From a bacterium (GTDB lineage: Bacteria > JAAXHH01), in assembly GCA_965242885.1 (NCBI GenBank), contig CBDETH010000008.1:1442225-1506224 (forward strand): a stretch of 64,000 nucleotides of DNA. The letters run 5' to 3'. The stretch's first letter is position 1. Every line of letters begins with the position of its first letter. Shown one piece after another: positions 1 to 7,924 of the stretch. Both the position numbers and the translations under genes were made by a program. The notes beneath the pieces were generated by a model. It saw only the letters and a list, made by a program, of their open reading frames with translations. It was not told the DNA's origin and made no database searches.

Positions 1-428
1 CGCCTTGAGCCACGTATTCGCGGCGGGGGAGAAAATCTGTGGCATATGGACTCGTTCTATCTTTCTCTGTTGCGTTCTTCACCAAATGACCGGATTCCCA
101 AACAACAGTCATGCACGATAAACCGCGACGCATACAAAGTCAATATAAATCGGCAGTTCGATTCGTTTTTTTGACCGTCGGTCCCGCGACCCGAAATACG
201 GGCATATCGCCGCCCTGAAGGTAATACGCAATCGGTCGATGTTTTCGATTTGTGCAGCGCGTTTTCCGACCGGTTGGCCTCCCCGGAACCCGGCCCGATT
301 GCCTTCCCCGGACCCGGGCACTGACCGATTGACACGGAGGACGATCCAGGGTAGATTGATATCAGGTTATGGGGATGGCAGGACAGGCAGGATTGACCGG
401 AGGCGGCACCTAATTCAAGGAGTGGCCC

Positions 429-830
429 ATGAACGAGCAGCAGCCGTCGGAAAAGAGCATGCAGCGCATGGAGAAGTACTGTGACAAGTACTGGGAAAAG
501 ACGGGTACGTCGCCTCATCCGAACGCGGAAGTTACCGACTCGGTGGTCAAGGGTCTCGCCGCCCACGTGGACGAACTGGGCCGCCCCCTTTGTCCGTGCA
601 ATTTCTATCCTGACAAGAAGGCCGAACTGGAACGCAGCCGCGAGTGGGTCTGTGCCTGCGATGAAATGAAGATCTGGAAATACTGCCACTGCCTGCTGTT
701 CGTGACCCCCGAGGGTCTTCCGATCACCGAATACCTTCCCGAAGACCACGAAGGCCGGCAGATGTACGGCCTGGTCAAGGATCCGACGCCGGACAAGGGC
801 AGGGAGGCGCGGCACCGCGCACCGGAGTGA
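429..830 (+). CDS. Ferredoxin-thioredoxin reductase catalytic-subunit-like protein (FtrC-like)
   Basis: Cys pattern CPC-x16-CAC-x8-CHC (CPCNFYPDKK...WVCACDEMKIWKYCHCLLF) matches the FTR catalytic chain signature. SD aaggag sits 7 nt upstream of the ATG. No variable subunit gene is adjacent. Confidence 0.6.
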   Translation: MNEQQPSEKSMQRMEKYCDKYWEKTGTSPHPNAEVTDSVVKGLAAHVDELGRPLCPCNFYPDKKAELERSREWVCACDEMKIWKYCHCLLFVTPEGLPITEYLPEDHEGRQMYGLVKDPTPDKGREARHRAPE

Positions 831-842
831 GCCTCGACGAAG

Positions 843-932
843 CTCGCCACCCTCGATCAGCTCGCCACCCTCGTTAAGACCCGCCACGCGGTCTGTTCCA
901 CCACGCGGCCTGTTCCACCACGCGGCCTGCGC
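843..932. repeat. Two short tandem-repeat families in a convergent intergenic region: gctcgccaccctcg x2, and 17-bp ccacgcggYctgttcca x2.5
   Basis: Direct reading: ctcgccaccctcg at 843-855 and 861-873; ccacgcgg(t/c)ctgttcca at 884-900, 901-917 and a partial copy at 918-932. Confidence 0.7.
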
Positions 933-934
933 TA

Positions 935-1909
935 TCATTTCACGACGTTCTGCGGCCGGCCCTCCAAAAAGGCGATGACGTTGTTCACCGCCCCTTCGTT
1001 AAGCAACTCAACGCCCTCCGGGGTCATGTCCGCGCAGTGAGGGGTCAGGACGACCTGTTCCATCGCGAGCAGCGGATGGCCCGCGGGTAACGGCTCCTCC
1101 TCGAAGACGTCCAGGGCCGCGCCGCCCAGATGACCCGATCGAAGCGCTGCCACCAGCGCGTCCGTATCCACCAGGCCCCCCCGGCCGCAGTTGATCAGCA
1201 ACGCGCCCGGTTTCATGCCCTCCAGCGAATCCCGGTTGATCATGTACCGGCTGTCCTCGGTCAGCATGACGTGCAGCGACACCACGTCCGACTTCTCCAG
1301 CAGTTCGTCGAGTTCCACGTAGGTCACCCCGATCTCCCGGGCCCTTTCATCCGACGGGTTGTACGTCCAGGCGATCACCTCCATGCCCACGCTGCCCGCC
1401 AGTCTCGCCATCTCCGATCCGATGGGGCCGGTTCCGATCACGCCGAGGGTCTTCCCCTTGAGATAAAAGGCGTCCAGCCGGGGCCACTGGCCGGCTTTCA
1501 TGGCGCCCGTGAAGTACGCCGCCCTTTTCGCGAGGGCGAACATCAGGCCGAAGGCGTGCTCCGCGACGACCGGCGCCGTGCGCCCGGGCTGGTTGGAGAT
1601 GACGATGCCGCATTCCCGCGCCGCATCCAGATCGAAACTGTCGACGCCGATCGAACAGGTCGCGATCAGGCGGAGATCGGGCAGCGCGCGGAGGACGTCC
1701 CCGGGCCACTTCACGAGACCCCGGGAGTTGATCATTACCGCGGCACCGCTGGCCCGTTCGATTTTCTCTTCCGCCGTTTCCGGTCGATCGGTGTGCAGGA
1801 CGACCTCTCCATAGGCTTCGAGCCGTTCCAGGTGGGGCGATCCCTGCATCTGGGGCGGGTCGTCCCCGGGTATGACGATACGTAATTGGTCTGGCATAGG
1901 TCTCCTCAA
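935..1909 (-). CDS. D-isomer-specific 2-hydroxyacid dehydrogenase family protein (glycerate / phosphoglycerate dehydrogenase-like)
   Basis: NAD-binding GxGxxG motif (GKTLGVIGTGPIGSEMARLAG) and the catalytic-domain layout typical of 2-HADH; 324 aa. Confidence 0.8.
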   Translation of the reverse strand: MRRPMPDQLRIVIPGDDPPQMQGSPHLERLEAYGEVVLHTDRPETAEEKIERASGAAVMINSRGLVKWPGDVLRALPDLRLIATCSIGVDSFDLDAARECGIVISNQPGRTAPVVAEHAFGLMFALAKRAAYFTGAMKAGQWPRLDAFYLKGKTLGVIGTGPIGSEMARLAGSVGMEVIAWTYNPSDERAREIGVTYVELDELLEKSDVVSLHVMLTEDSRYMINRDSLEGMKPGALLINCGRGGLVDTDALVAALRSGHLGGAALDVFEEEPLPAGHPLLAMEQVVLTPHCADMTPEGVELLNEGAVNNVIAFLEGRPQNVVK

Positions 1910-2162
1910 TGAAGTCGTGAATGATACCGTGCGACAATTGGCGCCGTCGACCCTTTGTCTTTCAGTTCCAGGCTGACTGCCGTGTTGGAATGTACCGGGT
2001 GGAGATCATTCCGGAAAGCATGGAAATAACGAAACATCCTGCATCTGCATCCCTTCATATGTATAATAGTCGAGGATCAGGCTACGTGTCTTGAAAGTAA
2101 TCGGAAGCGGACCGCGGATTGCTGTCCGGTATCAGGCTGTTTTTGGATGAGGAGTGTATGGT

Positions 2163-2945
2163 ATGTCGGAATATGACCGGAAAGACGCCGGGTTATACGA
2201 CAGCTTTTCGACCGGGCTCGAAGGCGACGAGGCATTCTACGTGGAGGAAGCCGCCGGGGCGGAAGGCCCCGTGCTGGAGCTCGGCTGCGGTACGGGCCGG
2301 ATCATGATACCGATCGCCGAGTCGGGCGTGTCCATCGTTGGACTGGACCGGGCTCCCGCGATGCTGGAGGTGGCGCGCCGCAAAGTCGCCGGACTGCCGG
2401 AGGAAACGAGGCAGCACATCCAAATCGTCGAAGGGGATATGAGGACGTTCAGCCTGAATCGGCGCTTTCCGCTGGCCATCATTCCGTACCGCGCGTTCCT
2501 GCACATGATGACCGCCGAAGACCAGCGCCGGGCCCTGACTCGGGTCCGCGAGCACCTGGCGGACCGAGGCCGGCTGGTGCTCAACGTGTTCGACCCCAGC
2601 ATCGAGTTGATCGCAGCCTACATGAAACCGCCCAGGGGCACCCTGAATCACCTGGGGTCGTTCACCCATCCCGAGACGGGACGCCGCGTCCTGGTTTCCG
2701 ATACGCGCCGGTACGATCCCCTGGAGCAGACGCTGGAGGAACACCGGTTTTTCGAAGAAGTGGACGACGAGGGCCGGGTGATTGCGAAGACCACCACCCC
2801 ATTGTATCTACGCTACGTCCATCGATTCGAAATGCAGTATCTTCTCGAACTGTGCGGCTACGAAATCGAGGCGCTCTACGGGGACTTCCAGCGTGGCCCA
2901 TTCAAGCATGGCAACGAACAGGTCTGGGTAGCCCGGAGGATCTGA
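2163..2945 (+). CDS. Class I SAM-dependent methyltransferase
   Basis: Motif I VLELGCGTGRIMIPIAESGVSIVGLDRAPAMLEVARRK. SD gaggag at 2149-2154 favours the ATG at 2163 over the GTG at 2154. Confidence 0.75.
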   Translation: MSEYDRKDAGLYDSFSTGLEGDEAFYVEEAAGAEGPVLELGCGTGRIMIPIAESGVSIVGLDRAPAMLEVARRKVAGLPEETRQHIQIVEGDMRTFSLNRRFPLAIIPYRAFLHMMTAEDQRRALTRVREHLADRGRLVLNVFDPSIELIAAYMKPPRGTLNHLGSFTHPETGRRVLVSDTRRYDPLEQTLEEHRFFEEVDDEGRVIAKTTTPLYLRYVHRFEMQYLLELCGYEIEALYGDFQRGPFKHGNEQVWVARRI

Positions 2946-3015
2946 AGGGATTCAACGAAGATCTGCGTCGAAGGGTCAAAGGACCTGCGAGGACCAAGAA
3001 CGAGGAACATAGAAA

Positions 3016-3861
3016 TTGAGCCGGAATCCCATGCACGAGGCGAATCGCCGGGGCTGGGACGCCGCTGCCTCTCAATGGCAGGCGGGTATAGACGCCAGGG
3101 TGGACTGGCGGAACATTCCGGGCGATATCCGCATTGCCCTGGACGACGTCGAGTTGAAACACCTCGGCGACGTGTCGGGCCGGTCCGCCTGCGTGCTGGG
3201 CAGCGGGGACAACCTGGTCGTTTTCGCCCTGGCCGCCGCCGGGGCCCGTGTCACTTCCGTGGATATCTCGCAGGCCCAGTTGGATATTGCCGCCGGAAGA
3301 GCGAAAGAACTCGGTCTGTCCATCGTCTTTCACCGGGCGGACGTGACCGAATTGGGAGACCTTGGCGACCCGGACGAACCGGGCGACCCGGACGACCTAA
3401 GCGGTCCTCTTGGCGGTGGTTTCGACATTGTCTACACAGGCGGCCACGTCGCCGTGTGGGTGTCCGATCTGGAGCGCTACTACGGAGAAGCCATTCGGAT
3501 ACTCAAACCCGGCGGCCTCTTCATGGTCAACGAATACCATCCCTTCCGCCGGATATGGAAACCGACGGCAGGTCCGTTGAAGCAGGAATACCACTACTTC
3601 GACCACGGCCCGCTAACTTACGACCGTTCCGAAGATTTAACCGAAGACTCAGGCCGATCGGTTCCGTCCGGTCCGCTTCCCAGCTACGAGTTCCACTGGA
3701 CGGTCTCGGACATGGTCCGCGCGATGCTGGATGGCGGATGCGAACTCACGGCCATGGAGGAATATGGGGACGGGCGTCAGGGCTGGGAGGGCGATGCGCC
3801 GCTGGAGAATCTGCCGGCGAACCTGCTCCTGGTGGGGCGGAAGAAACTGAACTCACCGTGA
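3016..3861 (+). CDS. SAM-dependent methyltransferase, paralog of the 5491-6279 gene
   Basis: Motif ACVLGSGDNLVVFALAAAGARVTSVDIS...RADVTELG. The N-terminus MSRNPMHEANRRGWDAAASQW parallels MHDANRRSWDNNAGSW of the paralog. TTG start at 3016 has an SD 9 nt upstream; an alternative ATG lies at 3031. Confidence 0.7.
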   Translation: MSRNPMHEANRRGWDAAASQWQAGIDARVDWRNIPGDIRIALDDVELKHLGDVSGRSACVLGSGDNLVVFALAAAGARVTSVDISQAQLDIAAGRAKELGLSIVFHRADVTELGDLGDPDEPGDPDDLSGPLGGGFDIVYTGGHVAVWVSDLERYYGEAIRILKPGGLFMVNEYHPFRRIWKPTAGPLKQEYHYFDHGPLTYDRSEDLTEDSGRSVPSGPLPSYEFHWTVSDMVRAMLDGGCELTAMEEYGDGRQGWEGDAPLENLPANLLLVGRKKLNSP

Positions 3862-3984
3862 GATTGAGCGTATAGTGAGATGGGGAAGGCTGTAAGATGG
3901 AGAGGGTTTTGTGAAAAAAAGAGGACCGGAAGGCCGTGATGGTCTGGTGGCAGGGTAGGCTGGACTGCCGGGAATGGCCACGGC

Positions 3985-4680
3985 TTACCAGGACCTGAGC
4001 ACCTTCTTCAACAGCTTGCCCCAGACCCGGTCGTAGGGATGGACGACCTGCACGCGCTCGTCGCCCCGGTACACGGGCTTCCCCTCGTTGGCCCAGGCGA
4101 AGATCGATCCTTCCAGGTTGTAGACCTTATCGAATCCCCTCTTCTGCACGAAGGCGGCCATCTCAGACGAGCGGTAGCCCACGGAACAGTAGAGCACGAC
4201 GGGCCGGTCCGGCGGAACGCCTTCAAGCGCCTCTATTGCCGCCTTCTCGGACGAGGCAAGAACGGCGTCTTTCAGGTGGCTGACCTCGTATTCCTCCTTC
4301 GCCCGTACATCGAGGAGCAGCGGATGCTCCGACGGCGCTTGTTCAGACTGTGACTGCTTCGTCAGCGCATGACCCGATTCATCCAGCCAGGTCTGCAGGC
4401 TGTCGGTGGAAAGCTGCGCGACCCCTGGGAACTTTGCACGTATCATCTTAAGTGTGGTCCACCAGAACACGGTGTTATCCTCGGTTTCTTCCTGCGCGGC
4501 AATGGCTGGTACGGAATGGACGGCAATGGGTTTAAACGCCGTGTATACCACGGAGACCGCGATGGCCAGGCCGACCAGACGGACCGCGCAGACCAGGCGG
4601 ACCGCGCAGACCAGGCGGACCGCGTGGCTCACGAAGCGATAGGTAACCGGTTTCGATCCTTGTTGCCCGCCTCGACGCAA
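3985..4680 (-). CDS. Membrane-anchored rhodanese-domain protein (sulfurtransferase-like)
   Basis: C-terminal rhodanese fold with active-site Cys (VVLYCSVGYRSSEMAAF...NLEGSIFAW) and one N-terminal TM helix. TTG start is preceded by SD gagaggag. Confidence 0.65.
   Translation of the reverse strand: MRRGGQQGSKPVTYRFVSHAVRLVCAVRLVCAVRLVGLAIAVSVVYTAFKPIAVHSVPAIAAQEETEDNTVFWWTTLKMIRAKFPGVAQLSTDSLQTWLDESGHALTKQSQSEQAPSEHPLLLDVRAKEEYEVSHLKDAVLASSEKAAIEALEGVPPDRPVVLYCSVGYRSSEMAAFVQKRGFDKVYNLEGSIFAWANEGKPVYRGDERVQVVHPYDRVWGKLLKKVLRSW
4573..4626. repeat. 18-bp x3 in-frame tandem repeat (gaccaggcggaccgcgca) encoding AVRLVC x3 in the N-terminal tail of the rhodanese protein
   Basis: Three consecutive units at 4573-4590, 4591-4608 and 4609-4626, with 1-2 mismatches. 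The unit is a multiple of 3 and preserves the frame. Confidence 0.8.
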
Positions 4681-4788
4681 TTTAACACTCCTCTCCGAGG
4701 ATGATCAACCGCACGTTTCAGGCTTAATCTACTTAGGCTAAATCAAGATTGGATTTTGAATCAGCCTAAAATCGACGAGTCGATCAAG

Positions 4789-5388
4789 CTACGGGCACAT
4801 GCCTTTCACGGCACGAAGGAACGATTCGATCTCCGTATTGGATCCGAGCCTGACAAATGCGACGTGCCGCCATTCGGGATCCTTCATGCAGGCCTCCATG
4901 CGACGGCGCTTCCTGCCCTGTTGGGTAACGATCCACCAGATCAGCGAGTCCTCCCGGTTCCACACCTTCAGCTGGGGCCAGAACCGCTCGTAATTGGTGC
5001 CCCAGAGCAGCTCTTTCGACCGCCAGCGCTTCCACGACCGGGCCAGCACGCGCCAGAGCAGCCGGTGCACGGGCAGGTCCAGCCAGACGACTGTCTCCAC
5101 GCGGGGCCAGAAGACCCGCTGGGAGAAAGCCATGTAGGAGCCGGAGACGACCCATCCTTCCCCGGCCGTCGCGTCGGCGAGGCGCCGGTCCAGTTCCCCG
5201 GGGTCCGTATCCGCCAGGCCGATCCATCCGGGCTGCCAGTTGAGGGCGTCCAATTCGACCAGGGGGACGTCGAGCGCGGACGCCAGTTGATTCGCCAGGG
5301 TGGATTTCCCGGAGCAACTGTTCCCGGTGACGTGAATCCTGCGCCCAATGGGTCTGCCTCGGTAGGTTGCGACTGCGTTCACGTCCAT
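4789..5388 (-). CDS. P-loop NTPase, adenylate/shikimate-kinase-like (AAA-domain small kinase)
   Basis: Walker A GNSCSGKST near the N-terminus; small size (199 aa); kinase-like layout. The exact start is uncertain. Confidence 0.5.
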   Translation of the reverse strand: MDVNAVATYRGRPIGRRIHVTGNSCSGKSTLANQLASALDVPLVELDALNWQPGWIGLADTDPGELDRRLADATAGEGWVVSGSYMAFSQRVFWPRVETVVWLDLPVHRLLWRVLARSWKRWRSKELLWGTNYERFWPQLKVWNREDSLIWWIVTQQGRKRRRMEACMKDPEWRHVAFVRLGSNTEIESFLRAVKGMCP

Positions 5389-5490
5389 GGACGAACCGGA
5401 GTTTGCGGATCAGATACTGCCCATTGTCGCAGACGGATCCCGGCGTTGTTACTGTCGGGCCACCAGCGTTATTGCGTACGGCCTCCGGCG

Positions 5491-6279
5491 TTATCCAGGC
5501 CTTTGCCATGCCGCCGAAAGCCAGAACGGTAGTGCCGCGCGGGGATTCACCTTCCAGTCCACCAACCGCTTGTCCTTGCCCGGACGATAGGAGGCCCCCT
5601 CCCAGGCATTCGAATCCTCCGCGGGACGTTCCAGGATGTGCCGAAGGACCAGGCCTGCATCTGCCCCGGGGTTCAGCAGGTCGGCCATCGTCCAGTTGAA
5701 TTCGAAGGTTCCCTCTTTTTCGTCCCGAATAGGTCCTGTCTGCCAGTAGGGTTTGTCGACTTCAATGGACATGGCCTCATCCGACCACGGACGCTGGAAA
5801 GGATGCACATCGTAGAAGACGTAGTGTCCTCCCGGTCTCAGTATGCGAAAGACCTCCCCGTAAACCGCGCGGAGATCCGCGATCCAGACGAAGAACCCGT
5901 TGGTCGAACAGACCAGGTCGAACGAACGGTCCGCGATCACGCCGAGATCCATCGCGTCCGCCCGCACGAAGTCTATCGCCAGGCCCAGCTGATCCGCCCG
6001 TGTTGAAGCGGTGGCCAACTGTCGCTCGGAAATATCGATGGAAGTAACATGAGCCTTCATGCCCGCGAGGGCGAAGACGGCATGATTGTCCCCGCTGCCT
6101 ACGACGGCGACGTCCTTCCCTTCCACACTGCCGGTAAGGGATCCGATCAACTCGTATGCGCCGCCCGCGAATCCCAGTTCGGGTTCCTCCGGGCATCGGC
6201 GCCACAGACCGTCCCGGTCCCGCATTTCGGCCCAGGATCCGGCATTGTTGTCCCAGGATCGACGATTGGCATCGTGCAT
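5491..6279 (-). CDS. SAM-dependent methyltransferase, paralog of 3016-3861, with upstream in-frame start-codon repeat array
   Basis: Motif VAVVGSGDNHAVFALAGMKAHVTSIDIS...RADAMDLG. The conserved core starts at ATG 6279 (MHDANRRSW...). The open frame continues through four more ATG-containing repeat units (6309, 6339, 6369, 6399) up to 6597. Confidence 0.7.
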   Translation of the reverse strand: MHDANRRSWDNNAGSWAEMRDRDGLWRRCPEEPELGFAGGAYELIGSLTGSVEGKDVAVVGSGDNHAVFALAGMKAHVTSIDISERQLATASTRADQLGLAIDFVRADAMDLGVIADRSFDLVCSTNGFFVWIADLRAVYGEVFRILRPGGHYVFYDVHPFQRPWSDEAMSIEVDKPYWQTGPIRDEKEGTFEFNWTMADLLNPGADAGLVLRHILERPAEDSNAWEGASYRPGKDKRLVDWKVNPRAALPFWLSAAWQRPG

Positions 6280-6410
6280 CTCCACGGTCCGACGATTGGC
6301 ATCGTGCATCTCCGCGGTCCGGTGATTGGCATCGTGCATCTCCGCGGTCCGACGATTGGCATCGTGCATCTCCGCGGTCCGGTGATTGGCATCGTGCATC
6401 TCCGCGGTCC
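6261..6410. repeat. 30-bp x5 perfect or near-perfect tandem repeat (gacgattggcatcgtgcatctccRcggtcc)
   Basis: Units at 6261-6290, 6291-6320, 6321-6350, 6351-6380 and 6381-6410. On the minus strand each unit encodes RTAEMHDANR(H/R), so each includes an in-frame ATG. Confidence 0.9.
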
Positions 6411-6762
6411 GGCGAGGCGTTGTTGCGGTCATGGCGGCTGGCCTGTTCTTGAAACCGTATATACCGGTGTTGACACCCGGGCAATGGGGGAACTGTTGTC
6501 GTCCGTGTATCCGTCGATCGGGCATCCTTAATATATGAAAGAACACTCCGTAGCCGCAAGCGTACCGCATAAGGCGCTCTTCCTTGCAGGATGCCATTGA
6601 AAATCGGGGAATTCAACCGGCGCGCGGATACGAAAAATAGCCTTGACAGTCGCCGCGTGATCGTGCCTTGTTAACAGGTACGAACGTTTGAGAATCCATC
6701 CGACGCCCGTGCCACAGGGAGGCGCGGCACGGATCATGGAACCGCATCCGCGGAGGAGTGTC

Positions 6763-7086
6763 ATGGCAAAGTACATGTACCGTACCAAGTACACGCAAGC
6801 GGGCCTGCAGGGACTGCTCAGGGAGGGTGGTACAGGCCGGCGCGCGGCCCTTTCGCAGACGATCGAAGGGATGGGTGGCGCCCTGGAAGGATTCTACTAC
6901 GCCATGGGGGACGACGATCTCATCCTGATCGCCGAGATTCCCGACGAAGCCACCGCGACGGCGATCGCCCTCAACGTGGCCGCGGCGGGCGCGCTCGAAG
7001 TATCTACGACGGTGCTGATCTCACCCGAGACGATCGACGAAGCGGTGGGAAAGAGCGTGACCTACCGGTTACCCGGAGCGGAATAA
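6763..7086 (+). CDS. GYD-domain protein
   Basis: MAKYMYRTKYTQAGLQGLL...FYYAMGDDDLILIAEIPD fits the GYD family (~107 aa). SD ggaggag lies 5 nt upstream of ATG 6763. Confidence 0.6.
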   Translation: MAKYMYRTKYTQAGLQGLLREGGTGRRAALSQTIEGMGGALEGFYYAMGDDDLILIAEIPDEATATAIALNVAAAGALEVSTTVLISPETIDEAVGKSVTYRLPGAE

Positions 7087-7226
7087 GGCCGGCCAGGTCG
7101 ATGCACAGGCACGCCGGCCAGGCCCGGTCAGCCGTGGCCAGGTCTGGACGGCCGCGGCCTGACCCGATCATCCGTACCCTGGCCCCGTCCGTCGTGACCC
7201 ATTCCCGCGAACCGAAGATTTAACTG

Positions 7227-7254
7227 TTGCCATTCTGTTTTAAGTTGTTATACT
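7227..7254 (+). promoter_or_regulatory. Candidate sigma70-like promoter (ttgcca-16nt-tatact) in the AT-rich region upstream of the aor operon
   Basis: The only AT-rich stretch in this window: ttgcca at 7227-7232 and tatact at 7249-7254, about 180 bp upstream of the ferredoxin-like gene start. Confidence 0.2.
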
Positions 7255-7432
7255 GATTAGTAACCCCAGCAGTATTAGGTAATCACCTTACGTAATACAT
7301 CGTTGTCCTTCGCGATGACGGCCCTTGAAACCGGACGTAAGCGGCCTGTCATATACGCTATTTTTACCGTTGTTCAGGTCTACAGAAAGAAACGCCTCCA
7401 AACCCAGCTCATCGTTACAGAAGGGAGTCGGT

Positions 7433-7924
7433 ATGGCTAAATCTCTACGCATAATCCCTGAAAAATGCACCGGGTGCATGCAGTGCGAACTGGCATGTTC
7501 CTGGGTGCAGACCGGCATGTTTCAACCATCCCGGTCGCTGATCCGCGTGAACATATTCGATGAGCAGGCCAGTTACGCGCCGTACACCTGTTTCCAGTGC
7601 GACGAAGCCTGGTGCATGACGGCCTGCCCCGTGAATGCCATCAGCATCGACGCGGATACCGGCGCCAAGGTCGTGGGCGATGCCAACTGCGTAGGTTGCG
7701 GGTTGTGCACCATCGCCTGTCCCTTCGGCACGGTGTTCTACAATCCCGACACGCAGAAGGCCTTCAAGTGTGATCTGTGCGACGGCAATCCCGCCTGCGC
7801 GGTCGCCTGCCCGACGGGCGCCATCGAGTACACCGAGAGCGAGTCGGCCGACTGGCTGGGCGGCTGGGCTGAGAAGGTCAACGAGTCCTACCTGACATCC
7901 ATCGAGGGAGGGAACGCGGCATGA
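7433..7924 (+). CDS. 4Fe-4S dicluster ferredoxin-like electron-transfer subunit of aldehyde oxidoreductase (AorA-like)
   Basis: Several CxxCxxCxxxCP motifs (CTGCMQCELAC, CFQCDEAWCMTACP, CVGCGLCTIACP, CDLCDGNPACAVACP). SD aagggag upstream. The 4-nt ATGA overlap with the downstream AOR gene indicates translational coupling. Confidence 0.8.
   Translation: MAKSLRIIPEKCTGCMQCELACSWVQTGMFQPSRSLIRVNIFDEQASYAPYTCFQCDEAWCMTACPVNAISIDADTGAKVVGDANCVGCGLCTIACPFGTVFYNPDTQKAFKCDLCDGNPACAVACPTGAIEYTESESADWLGGWAEKVNESYLTSIEGGNAA

Noticed and set aside
57-938. 293-aa minus-strand ORF spanning the FTR-like gene region
   Set aside because: Antisense to a gene with a recognisable family and good SD; low-complexity Arg/Gly-rich translation typical of spurious ORFs in high-GC DNA.
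1130-1937. Overlapping 251-aa (+) and 196-aa (-) ORFs inside the 2-hydroxyacid dehydrogenase gene
   Set aside because: Antisense or alternate-frame ORFs, Arg/Pro/His-rich with no domain signal; the dehydrogenase frame has clear family motifs.
3075-3875. 266-aa Arg/Gly-rich alternate-frame ORF over methyltransferase 3016-3861
   Set aside because: Same strand but a different frame from a clearly homologous methyltransferase; composition (RRG repeats) is a GC-frame artefact.
6261-6410. Considered whether any tandem-repeat array could be a CRISPR array
   Set aside because: Units are 12-34 bp and directly abut one another with no unique spacers of 25-40 bp between them, and no cas genes are present. 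They are minisatellites, not CRISPR.
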